From assembly GCF_035594765.1 (NCBI RefSeq), contig NC_085841.1:134835574-134899573 (forward strand): a DNA stretch of 64,000 nt. Direction: 5' to 3'. Below are positions 11,301-21,182 of this stretch, in pieces. The first letter of the stretch is position 1; each line of letters begins with the position of its first letter. Under the pieces are notes generated by a model, which was given only the letters and a program-made list of their open reading frames with translations, did not search any database and had not been told where the DNA came from. Source of the DNA: Anolis carolinensis (lineage: Eukaryota). The position numbers and the translations under genes were made by a program.

Positions 11301-11464
11301 AACGTCACGCTGACAAAAATCTTATATATTTCCTTAATAAAGATATTAGATTGAATCTGGCCTCTGCGTATGGTTATTGGTGCTCTGTAGCCTGGGTCCT
11401 GACACAGACTCAGCCCCCCCCCCCCCCGAATCAAAATCCTGCCTACCCTACTGTGTTATGGTGA
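8345..11464 (+). CDS. pol: Pol polyprotein (protease, RT, RNase H, integrase), C-terminally truncated and reading through the LTR remnant
   Basis: DSGA protease, YLDD RT, ADAS and EKELLA RNase H, HHCC zinc finger, D,D(35)E integrase (ADFI, TDRG, QTER). The frame is open from 8345 and overlaps gag in the -1 frame. Integrase homology ends at DYKRHADK (~11317). Confidence 0.93.
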   Translation, partial: AGWHTAGGGSQRPGVERLANPVKKPVQEPPTGVLFLLVVTLWSAMIDAMIDSGATNNFIDREYADSLGLQYHDFKNARVVQAIDGRPLKTGPVSQWSEPTRMWIREHMEEISFFVTEVPHFPVILGIPWLTLHDPSISWSNRELQFASQYCQNHCLVAKVCHATDTEPIITLPKKYSEYWDVFNEKEAEKLPPHRPYDCAIDLVEGAPIPRGHLYSLTEPEQEALREFIETNLRKGFIRPSQSPAASPVMFVKKKSGELRLVVDYRALNNITKRNSYPLPLISDLLDRLRGAKVYTKLDLRGAYNLVRIREGDEWKTAFQTKFGLFESRVMNYGLCGAPATFQHFVNDIFQDYLDRFLIIYLDDFLVFSRSQSEHENHVKMVLQRLRDHGLYAKLEKCAFDLQEVDFLGYRISPLGLSMDPAKVSAVLEWRAPTNKKEVQRFLGFANYYRKFIPDFARWSDPITSCIRGKQPFRWTDQAEKGFQQLKKLFTSQPILQHPDPGTPFVVQADASDVAIGAVLLQPVGDHLHPCAFYSRQLTTPERNYTIWEKELLAIKAAFETWRHWLEGAKFPIEVHTDHRNLEHLRTARKLNQRQQHWALFFERFNFQIHYVTPAQTKQADALSRKPEYAAGRKETFESQLLQPENFATLTVGNTKSTPIGSTSSTPGPICAQEIRASQQADAWAQDQLRQGLHFPFSLKDGLLCYRNHVYIPPGPGREKALRLCHDCKPAGHFGLFKTMHLILRDFWWPKIRKDVEKYVNTCPVCQRSKIRREKPSGLLHPLPTPSRPWEIISADFITDLPPSCGFTTILVVVDLFTKLAHFIPCEGLPTAKETADLFLLHVFRLHGLPKSLVTDRGSQFTSRFWKALQKLLGIDSRLSSAHHPQTDGQTERTNATLEQYLRCYVNYQQDNWASLLPLSEFAYNNGVQASTKETLFFANYGFHPRFFPPVIETSEVPAAEDWLQELTAVQQLLLQQLDQAKEDYKRHADKNLIYFLNKDIRLNLASAYGYWCSVAWVLTQTQPPPPPNQNPAYPTVLW
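8366..8430 (+). promoter_or_regulatory. Candidate -1 ribosomal frameshift signal
   Basis: G_GGG_GAA (8366-8372), 6-nt spacer, stem GACCGGG (8379-8385)/CCCGGTC (8404-8410). Loop GGCTC can pair with GAGCC (8426-8430). Confidence 0.6.
11318..11404 (+). repeat. Remnant of 3' LTR (last 87 bp only)
   Basis: Identical by eye to 7269-7355 and followed directly by the TSD. Confidence 0.93.
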
Positions 11465-12080
11465 TTTATTTTTATTTTATTGCACTATGGTTTTGAATGG
11501 TTTTGCAAGAATAGGCTATGCAAAAAAAAAAACAACTTTAAAAGCAGGGTGGTGTGTTTTTTCACAATCGTAGGATTTTTGCACAATTGTTTCCCCAAAA
11601 GTCCCAATATCTGAAACATCGTAGAAAAAAGTTTTACATTTCTGAATGAAATCCACTCATATTCCTACAACAAAACATGTATTTGTCCTTTATCAGAACT
11701 ATATCAGAACTATATCTTATAAGGGCTGATAAATATTCCCTGGGGAAGCTTTTCAGATAGGTATGGCCTCCATATTCTTTAATGTAGTGGTTGACTACTG
11801 GGAAGTGAGCATGCAAAGAGTATGGTGTCCAAATTTAATAGTGTCAAGTTTAGGCCTGCAAATAATATTGAAAAACTCCAACAGGATATCCTAATGAGTA
11901 GAATCCTCCTGAATCCCAAGTTCTTCCCCACATCTTGGAATGATTCAAGCCTCCACATTCAAAATTCTCATTTTTCTTCTCTCCCACTAGACTATGTAAT
12001 GACTGGAAGAGGGCAATAGGCAGCCAAGGCTCAAACCAGCTATGTCCAACCCGCAATGATGGTATCCTCCTCCAGAGCTT

Positions 12081-12290
12081 TTAGAGAACCCTGGAAAACT
12101 TGTCTTTCACTTTCCACAAGCTGTGCACCAACTTCAAATTCACAGAAAACTGCCTTCCTTCAGCACTGTTTACATGCTCCTCAGCAAAAACAATGATTCT
12201 CAGCTTGAAACTTATATATTTACTCCTATACATGGTCAGCAGCTTTGTGGAGGTAGGCAAATTCCATAATGTTAACACTCCCCAGTGTTC
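12081..12290 (-). pseudogene. Relic of a pogo-type transposase N-terminal DNA-binding domain
   Basis: SFKLRIIVFAEEHVNSAEGRQFSVNLKLVHSLWKVKDK resembles the Brinker-type HTH pattern FKLxVVxxAEEHGNxAAxRxFxVxxKxVxxWRK. Confidence 0.55.
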
Positions 12291-12334
12291 CCTCCATGTG
12301 TCTTTCTGCCCTGCCCCAAAGAGCTTTATTGCAC

Positions 12335-12875
12335 ATCACTCACTCACTGATTCACTCACCCATCAATCCACCCATAGACCCACACGCCCGCTACACTTAC
12401 TTGGCCATCCACTAAGATGCCCATCCATCTGCTGCCAGTCCAATTCACCCACCCATCTGTCCACCCACCCAAAGACCCACCTATCTGCTTCACTCACTCA
12501 CCCATCTATTTGACCTTCCAGTTGCCCATCCACCTACGACTCACCCAGCCATCTGCCCACCCATCCACTCGCCTACCCAAAGACCCACTCACTCACTCAC
12601 TTGGATATTCATCCATCCACAGCCAATCCCCTTCCAGGAATGCTGCTTGAAGTGGCATATCTGGAAGAGAATGGGTAGTGGATGGACAGGTGTCTGAGTG
12701 AGGGAGTAAGTGGATGCATGGGTGAATGGGTCTTTGAGTGGGTGTGTGAGTGATATGGGCAGATGGGTCTTTAGGTGGGCAGGCAGTGGATGAATGGACA
12801 TCTGAGTGAATTGATGGTTGAGTGAGTGAAGCAGGTAGGTGGGTCTTTGGGCAGGCAGATGGATGAGCAGAAGGA
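12335..12875. repeat. Long imperfect inverted repeat (C-rich arm / G-rich arm)
   Basis: 12468-12510 is nearly the reverse complement of 12809-12851; central hairpin CTTCCAG...CTGGAAG at 12631-12667. Confidence 0.8.
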
Positions 12876-13404
12876 GAGGCTGCCTACTGGTAAATCAAGG
12901 GTACAACTATTCTGCAAGTAGTTTGAAAATACCAAAACCAGGATCCAAAAATTGGAGATGTGTCTACTATGCAATGACATACGGTATATAGGCATACATG
13001 GAATGTAATAAAAAAGATATATGACACGTCTATGTAGTGATGCTTCCTCAATACAAAGCAATGTGATTGTTCACTGGGCATCTATTTAGCATGCCTAAAA
13101 CATATTTTACATGCATTTCTCTAAACCTTTTAGAGATCTTTCCAGCTGCTATCTTTGGATAACACATTTTCTTCTGAAATAGAGACCTGTTCATTAAAGA
13201 GACCTGCATTCAAGACTCAAAACTGTAGAACTCAAAACTTAATGAACGTGGCAGTTTAAGTTTGTATTAACCTTCTTGTATTTAGATTTGTCACCCATCC
13301 CTGATACAACAGTTCCTGAAGCATCTTAAAATGTTTGTGTACTGTATTTGTTTTGAAGTTCTGTCTTCATGATGTTACATCTGAAAAACCTATGTATATC
13401 TTCA

Positions 13405-13580
13405 TATAGTTGCTTGAGTGTTAGACTCGGAGTCTGAGAAACTGGGAGTCGAATTCACATCAAGCCATCGAAACCCACTAACTGGGCAATACTACTGACT
13501 CAGTCTCAGAGGAAGGGAAGATCAACCCCTGCAAACAAATATTGAAAAAAAAAACCATGACATAAGTTGGAAATGAACAA
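13405..13580 (+). mobile_element. Degraded tRNA-derived SINE
   Basis: tRNA-like head (gagtgttagact...ggagtcgaattc); an apparent minus-strand relative lies at 56625-56810. Confidence 0.5.
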
Positions 13581-15162
13581 AATGCATTGTTTGTTATTTT
13601 AACTGGCAATGGAAGGGAGATTTTTTTTAATAAAAGAGAACAAGCAGGATATCCCTTAACATTTTGGAATGGGTAAATACTATTCTTGTGCATTTATATG
13701 AAATCGCTATCCGTTTTGTTTTGTTTCATTCGTTTTGCCCCATTTTTGTTTTCTTTTTCCGCTTCTGAAAACTGGGCTTCTATTCGAATGGGAGTTTTGT
13801 CCCACATCTGAAAGAACAAAAATTTTCAGACCATTAGCAGCAATGGGAGGGCTTCCAGTGCTTACCCTCCCCTCAGTTTTAGGGCCTGAGGAGTGAAAAT
13901 CGCCATACACTGAGGGCATATCAACCCCTTTTAGCCCACCAACTTTTAAAATGGAGAAGGTAAAAGACCAACAATTTTTTTCCTTTGAAAAAATAAGAAA
14001 ATGTAGCTATATTTCCCTAAGGTGTGTTAATATGTGTATAGGCTGCTAAAAATAATGTTAACATTCACCCTAAAAATGATCAGCATGTCATCGGCTTTTC
14101 CCTGTTGGTCAGTCGTAACAGTAGTTGACCCATTCAGTCAGCCAATGAACACATAGGTAAATCATATTGATTAAATGAGTCTACTCTAGTTGGCAATAAG
14201 AAAAGAATTTTGACTATTAATTACATGCTAGCATTAATTCCACTGTGCACAAGAAATGAGTCATCTGAACTATAAGTTCGAGTTCAGATAGTGATTTCTC
14301 CCTCTGCTGTTCAATCCACATGGAGTTTTGTGCTGGCAAGTCTATTTATAGTGGAATGTTTGCAGCAAAGCCATTCTGCTGATCTGTTCACTCCATAAGC
14401 AACACATTCCATGCTGCTTTATAAAAATGTGGTTCGTTATTCACATATTGGTTTTCTTAATTGTCCCATTCTGAATAATGTGTAAGAAATTGGCCAAAGC
14501 AAGAAGCAGGGAAACACAAACCACATTCATTCATTCACTTGTACATCTATAGAATAATATACACGGCACTTACAAAGTATCTATCTATATACCACCTGTC
14601 ATTTACAATATATGCAGACAGTGAATTGTGTAGTGTACAATATTATGAAGACTGTAAGACAAAAATACATTAAAATCGAAACACAAAAGTTTTGCACAGT
14701 AATCAGTGTTCATCAGTGAAAAATAAAAGTGACAGCTGTCAGAAATTACCAAATCTCAATAAACAGGTTTTCAACATATGAATGTACAGATGGGTTGGAA
14801 GAAGCTTTATTTCTTTGCTGAGGATGTTCCAGCAAATGTCCTCTGCTTGGATGTTAATATTGCTAGTGATCCAGGTAAAAATCGTTTTTTAAAAAGTTAT
14901 TAAAGTATACAAACTTTATCCAATCAACATATTTAAACAAAATAAAGAAGAAACAAAATGATCATAAAGGAAAAGAAAAATGAAAGAATACATAATACCC
15001 AAGTAACCTAAAATTAGACTACATACACAAAACTAGCAAACAAGAAAAAGAAGCTATACACGGTCTTCAGGAACAATCCTAACATTGTCATCAAAGATGC
15101 TAGCAAATGAGGTGTTGCAGTCAGAAACCTATTGAATGATCCTAAAGATATATACTGTAAGG

Positions 15163-15756
15163 TAAGGGCTCTCAAACTTTTTCAGCCATGGAACCCTTTT
15201 TGAAGCAAAAGTTTCTTGTGGAGCCCCAAGACATATTTATATATTATAATGTTCATATATCAGGCATGGTTCGGGCCAGTGGCAGATGGATGGGCTGCAT
15301 GGTACAATGGGTTAAACCCTTGTGCTGCTGAACTGTTGACTTGCAGGTTGACAGTTCAAATCTGCAAGATGGGGTGAGCTCCCACTGTTAGCCTAGCTTT
15401 TGCCAACCTAGCAGTTCGAAAACATGCAAATGTGAGTAGATAAATAGGTACCACTTTGGCAGGAAAAGGCAAAAGGATGTTCCAAGCAATCTTGCTGGTG
15501 ACATGACCAGGACATGACAACACAGGCTCCTCAGCTTGGAAATAGAGAGGAGCACCTTCCCCAGAACCAGAGTTGAGCACCGCCTCCAGAACCAGAAATG
15601 AAAAGAGAAACCTTTGCCTTTGTCTGTGTTTGTGTGTCTCATTATATGTGATTGTTACAAGGCATTGAATGTTTGCCTGTGTCTGCTTTATATGCTGTAA
15701 TCCACTCTGAGTCCCCTCAGACAGAAGGGTGGAATCCAGCCTTTGTAGTAGTAGTA

Positions 15757-15804
<48 letters not shown>

Positions 15805-16126
15805 GAAACCCTAGTGGCCATCCAGTCCAACCCCTTTCTGCCATGCAGGAAAAACACAATCCCTCTTAATGGTGAAGGGAAATAGGGTTTTGGAAGCAAA
15901 GAAAGCGGGAGCACGACTAGGCATCTGGGGTGTGAGGGAGGCGAGGGAGAAAGGATCTGTTCTCTGAAGATGCTGCTACTGCTGCTGCTGTTTCTGGCAG
16001 CTCAAAACCTGCATTTCTTAGGAGGAGGAAAGAGGAGGCGGCAGGAAGCAGCATGGCACCATGGAGCCCCTCAGTATCATCCGCAGAGCCCCAAGAGCTC
16101 CACAGAACACAGTTCAAGAACCCCTA
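15163..16126. mobile_element. Non-autonomous hAT element containing a SINE and a CR1-tail-like fragment
   Basis: TIR taagggctctcaaact / agttcaagaaccccta; TSD CTGTAAGG / CTGTAAAG. Confidence 0.7.
15290..15803 (+). mobile_element. SINE with Sauria-type head/body, L2-like tail and (GTA)n(ATA)n microsatellite end
   Basis: caatgggttaaaccc, ctagcagttcgaaaacatgcaaatgtgagtaga body, ctgagtcccctc tail. Confidence 0.8.
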
Positions 16127-16490
16127 CTGTAAAGGATTACACAGATTATTCAAGGTATTTCCCATGAAGGTGAAGAACAAAATCTAAATTAACACACCCC
16201 AGGAGCCTTGAGCAAGCAGATTCTACTGGTTTTCCAAAATATATAAACAGAAATCAAACACTATCTGAAGCATTGGAACACTCACAATTGGTGCCTTTGG
16301 ATATGTGGACAATATCTGTAGACCATATGCCAGTAACACTCCTAACTTTGTGAAGAACACTGCCAACTTCCTGCAGAAATAACAATCCATCCATGTTCCA
16401 AGTACCACCATAGACATGGAATTCCTACATACCAATGTCCCACACAAGATTGGCCTACAAACTGTCTGGAATATCATCCCAGATGGAACC

Positions 16491-16957
16491 GGGCCGGGCT
16501 GTGGTGCAGGCTGTTGAGCAGCTGCAATAAATCACTCTGACCATGAGGTCATGAGTTCGAGGCCAGCCTATGGCGGGGTGAGCACCCGTCAATTAAAAAT
16601 AAAAAATAGCCCCTGCTCATTGCTGACCTAGCAACCCGAAAGATAGTTGCATCTATCAAGTAGGAAATAAGGTACCACTTATAAAAAAAGTGGGGAGGCA
16701 AGTTTAACTAATTTACGACCTGGAACAAGGAAGTGCCGTCAGAGTGGATGGTGAAGCAGCTGCTCCCCCCTGTGGCCAGAATCAAACATCCCCTCAGGAG
16801 AAGGTTAAATTGCCTCTGCGTCTGTCTGTCTCGGTCTCTGTTTGATGTGTTTATGGGCATTGAATGTTTGCCCTGTGTGTGTATAATGTGATCCGCCCTG
16901 AGTCCCCTTCGGGGTGAGAAGGGCGGAATATAAATACTGTAAATAAATAAATAAATA
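16491..16957 (+). mobile_element. Full-length Anolis-type SINE2 (tRNA head, L2 tail)
   Basis: gggccgggctgtggtgcagg head, gagttcgag B box, L2-type tail with (TAAA)n, short TSD AACC. Confidence 0.85.
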
Positions 16958-17225
16958 AACCATACCAGACCTAGCCACCAAGGTTCTGCTACTTTCTTGT
17001 CGAACAAAACTGTTTTACTTTGAAAATAACATACAGCTTCAAGTTAAAGGGACTGCCATGAGCACCATAGTATGCCAATATTTTCATGACTGTTCTGCCC
17101 CAATTAGCACATCCTCACAGACCAAGGGAGGGAGGAAGCAATTATAGTAGCTCAGATTTTGGAGAAATTTCAGGCAAGGACAAAAAATCAACAGGGATTG
17201 GAAAGTGTTCCCTGTTTGACAGGTG

Positions 17226-18698
17226 TGTCACGAAGACTAGTTCAAGTTCTATAAACCAAGCAGCCCCAACAAGCAATCCAGGGTCAAGAAATCTAGCCAG
17301 GTTAGCAGATAGTTGAAGGGTTAGAGCAGGGGTCCCCAAACTAAGGCCCGGGGGCCGGATGCAGCCCTCCGAGGTCATTTACCTGGCCCCTGCCCTCAGT
17401 TTTATAATATAATATATTATATATACATATAATATTGATAATAATATTATAATGTATTACAATATAACACTAATAATAATACCATATAAGAATATTAATT
17501 ATATACTCTATATTACATATAATATTACTAATAATATTACAGTATAGTGGTATAGTTCAATATAGTAATATATAATGCTAATATTGTGCTATGCTAATAA
17601 TATAATACAGGGGTCCCCAAACTAAGGCCCGGGGGCTGGATGCGGCCCTCCAAAGTCATTTTCCTGGCCCCCACCCTCAGTTTTATAATATATTTTTATA
17701 TCTGTTTTAATAATATAATATATTGTATATACATATAATATTGATAAAAATATTATAATGTTATACCATATAATACTAATAATAATACCATATAATAATA
17801 TTAATTATATGTTATATATTACATATAGTATTACAGTATAGTGGTATAGTTCAATATAGTAATGTATAATGCTAATATTGTGCTATGCTAATAATATCAT
17901 ATATTGTATGTACATACAGCTGCTCTGAGTCCCCTTCGGGGTAAGAAATGTAATAAATGCAGTAAGTAAATAAATAATTAATTTTAGACTTAGGCTCACA
18001 CAAATTCTGAAATGACTTGAAGGCACACAACAACAACAACAACAACCCTAATTAACTTGACTATCTCATTGGTCAGTAGCAGGCCCATACTTTCCATTGA
18101 AATCCTGATAGGTTTATGTTGGTTAAGATTGTTTTCATTTTTAAATATTGTATTCTTTCATTGTTGTTGTTGTTGTTGTTGTTTTTCACTACAAATAAGA
18201 CATGTGCAGTGTGCATAGGAATTTGTTCGTATTTTTTTTTCAAATGATAATTCGGCCCCTCAACAGTCTGAAGGATTGTAGACCGGCCCTTTGCTTTAAA
18301 AGTTTGAGGACCCCTGGGTTAGAGTCATGAAACAAAAACAGGAGCTGGAAAGAACGCAAGTTGCTTCCATAAATCAGCACCAGCCAGAATTGGCTTTTAT
18401 ATGGGCTGCAACCAGCTGCTCCTAATCAGGAGTGTCTGTCCTACTGTTTGGCAAGGAGCCTCAATGGCTGTCTCTCTTCTGCTCTGCTTTGCTCTCTTCT
18501 CCACCTGCCAGATCCATGAACTTGAAGGCTGTCCTGCTTCTTCAGCTGATTCCATTGATAGGTTTGCTGCCATTGAGTCCTGGTTTTGTGCCTCCTGAAG
18601 CTGCTCTTCAACAGAGAGAGCTGACAGGGATCGCTTCAGATTCCAGTTTTGAGTCTTGGCTCTCTTCAGATTCCAAGTCTGAATCCTGGCTCATGACA
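17226..18698 (-). mobile_element. Probable Gypsy solo-LTR relic interrupted by a hAT element
   Basis: TGTCACGA / TCATGACA inverted termini; minus-strand TATAAAAG near 18394-18401; acidic reading frame from the terminus. No matching TSD found. Confidence 0.55.
17327..18316 (+). mobile_element. Non-autonomous hAT transposon with duplicated left end
   Basis: TIR CAGGGGTCCCCAAACT / AGTTTGAGGACCCCTG; perfect TSD GGTTAGAG; second left terminus at 17608. Confidence 0.92.
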
Positions 18699-19194
18699 AT
18701 GGCTAAATGGTTTCCAATCTTTCAGAAAGTCTTCAATTGATTTGTCCTGATGCTCAGTCCATTATCATCTTGGCAACCTGGTTGAGATCTGCAAATGCCT
18801 CTTGGCACATTGAAACAAGCAATTAAGAGTCAGCTTCTGTATAATAGTTGGGGGGGGGGGGGGGGTGATAGACATTTTCAAATTTTTTTGAGAAAGGGGA
18901 TACAACATTTTATTATGCACAAAACTAGGTTTACATACAAATAGATAGATTTATTTCTTTTTTTAAAAAGACCCAAGGTGTGATTTAAAAAAAAATAAAA
19001 TGGTACAAAAAGAGTGAATGGGAAAAAAATCTGGAATGTTTAATTCTAGAATAGTTGCTTTGTTTTGGAAAAAGTGTCGTATCCAGTCTTCCAGGTCTTC
19101 CAGGTCCACATATTTTGGGACAGGAAAGAAAATATTCATTTTGTTTAATACTCAATACTCATTCCTAGGTGAAAGCAGGCTCTCAGTTTCTGAT

Positions 19195-20520
19195 CGTCGT
19201 CGTCGTCTCACTGGTTCAGTCGTTTTTGACTCTTTGTGACCTCATGGACCAGTCCACGCCAGAGCTCCCTGTCGGCCGTTGCCGCCCCCAGTTCCTTCAA
19301 GGACGAGCCAGTCACTTCAAGGATACCGCCCATCCATCTCGCCCTTGGTTGGCCTGTCTTCCTTTTTCCTTCCATTTTCCCCAGCATCGTGATCTTCTCC
19401 AAGCTTTCCTGTCTTCTCATGATGTGGCCAAAATACTTCAACTTTGCCTCTAATATCCTTCCCTTCAGTGAGCAGCTGGGCACTATTTCCTGGAGGATGG
19501 ACTGGTTGGATCTTCTTGCGGTCCAAGGAACTCTCAGGATTTTCCTCCAGCACCAGAGTTGTAGGCAAGTTGTTCGCTCAGCCTTCCTTATGGTCCAGCT
19601 GTTGCAACCATAGGTTACTATGGGGAATACCATTGCTTAGACTATGCGGACCTTCGTGGCCAGTGTGATGTCTCTGCTCTTCACTATTTTGTCAAGGTTG
19701 GCCATTGCTCTCCTCCCAAGAAGTAAACGTCTTCTGATTTCCTGGCTACAGTCTGCATCTGCAGTGATCTTCGCACCTAGAAATATAAAATCTGTCACTG
19801 CCTCCACGTTTTCTCCCTCTATTTGCCAGTTGTCAATCGGTCTGGTTGCCATGATCTTGGTTTTCTTGATGTTTAACTGCAGCCCGGCTTTTGCACTTTC
19901 TTCTTTCACTTTGGTGATAAGGCTCCTCAGCTCTTCCTCACTTTCAGCCATCAGAGTGGTATCATCTGCATACCTAAGGTTGTTAATGTTTCTTCCAATT
20001 TTTTTTAACTCCGGCCTTGGATTTGTCAAGCCCAGCACGTTGCATGATGTGTTCTGCGTACAAGTTGAATAGGGAGGGCTATAGTATACAGCCCTGCCGT
20101 ACTCCTTTCCCAATCTTGAACCAGTCTGTTGTTCCGTGGTCTGTTTTTACTGTGGCTACTTGGTCTTTATACAAATTTCTCAAGAGACAGACAAGGTGAC
20201 TTGGTATCCCCATACCATCAAGCACATGCCATAGTTTATTATGATCCACACAGCCGAAGGCTTTAGAATAGTCAATAAAGCAGAAGTAGATGTTTTTCTG
20301 AAACTCCCTGGCCTCCTCCATTATCCAGCGGATATTGGCAATTTGGTCTCTCGTTCTTCTGCCTTTTCTAAACCCAGCTTGTACATCTGGCAACTCTCGC
20401 TCCATGTATTGCTTTAGTCTGCCTTGCAGGATCTTGAGCATTACCTTACTGGCATGGGAAATAAGTGCCACTGTACAGAAGTTTGAACATTATTTGGCAT
20501 TTCCCTTTTTTGGTAATGTA
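19195..20520 (-). mobile_element. 5'-truncated RTE/BovB-type LINE (RT C-terminal half with frameshift and stop)
   Basis: ALISHASKVMLKIL, QAGFRKGR, FIDYSKAF, GVRQGCIL, LRYADD, CWRKILRVPWTARRSNQSIL; (GAC)n tail; TSD TTCTGAT at 19188-19194 and 20521-20527. Confidence 0.95.
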
Positions 20521-20901
20521 TTCTGATACCACTGGAAAATTCCTCAAAATGCTCAAAAATTCAGCAGGTCTGGTATAACTCTTTGGTGAGGCATCTTAAT
20601 TGTACTTGCACTCCTGCAGGAGAAAACTGATACTGTAAATTCAAATCTCACCAGGAAATAACCACACCATAATAATGGGGTCATCATAATTCCTCCTATC
20701 TTGAGAACACCTCTAATGACCCACTCTGTGTAACAAACTTCGATATCTTCATGCTCTGGAAATTATGAAATTTTGAGTCAGTCTAATAGTGTCTTTGGCA
20801 TGAATGCTGATGCCCTCCTAATAACAAAACCACAGTTGAGACAGCCAGCTTCACATCCCATTCATTTCAGCCAATTTTGACAGGGAGGTTGTATAGTGCA
20901 C

Positions 20902-21182
20902 CAGGACCATAGCCAGAAAAAAATTTGGGAGGGGGAAGGGTTGATTGGTTTTTGTTTTTTTAGCGAATCATGAAGAGTAGTTCCATAACGCAAAATAATT
21001 TAGAAATCAGGCTCTATCAATAAACTTCAGTGGACACTCAAGACAGATAAACTTCAGTGGATACTCATAGGGATTTGGTTAATCGGTTAGAATTCATGAA
21101 TTTAAAAAACCTCAAAATTTCGGGGGGGGGGGGGGGGTTGAAGCCCTAACCTCCTCCCCCCCCCCCCTTGCCTACAGCTCTG
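20902..21182. mobile_element. Non-autonomous hAT MITE
   Basis: CAG...CTG termini; perfect TSD TAGTGCAC; G/C runs like the 6163 element. Confidence 0.88.

Larger units (their letters stand above)
6384..11404 (+). mobile_element. Ty3/Gypsy LTR retrotransposon (sushi/Tf1-like chromovirus lineage) with 3' internal deletion
   Basis: TG...CA termini (TGTGATGACCCA / TGGGTCCTGACA, 10/12 inverted match). 5-bp TSD CAGAC at 6379-6383 and 11405-11409. gag followed by pol in PR-RT-RH-IN order. Confidence 0.97.
6163..11453. mobile_element. Non-autonomous hAT element (~270 bp), split by the Gypsy insertion
   Basis: CAG...CTG termini; 8-bp TSD TGTTATGG at 6155-6162 and 11454-11461; subterminal G/C runs. 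Confidence 0.88.
15050..17090 (+). pseudogene. Degraded Penelope-like retroelement RT, interrupted by hAT and SINE insertions
   Basis: Fragmentary translations RNNPNIVIKDASK*G, IGTLTIGAFGYVDNICRPY, DMEFLHTNVPHKIGL, NCFTFENNIQLQVKGTAM and YANIFM match PLE RT motifs. Confidence 0.75.

Noticed and set aside
7398-11464. Domesticated Gag gene (PEG10/RTL1/Arc-like), or a functional link between this Gag and DLGAP2
   Set aside because: The LTR, TSD and insertion into a MITE show a recent transposon. Co-location with a synaptic gene is expected by chance in a 42-kb intron.
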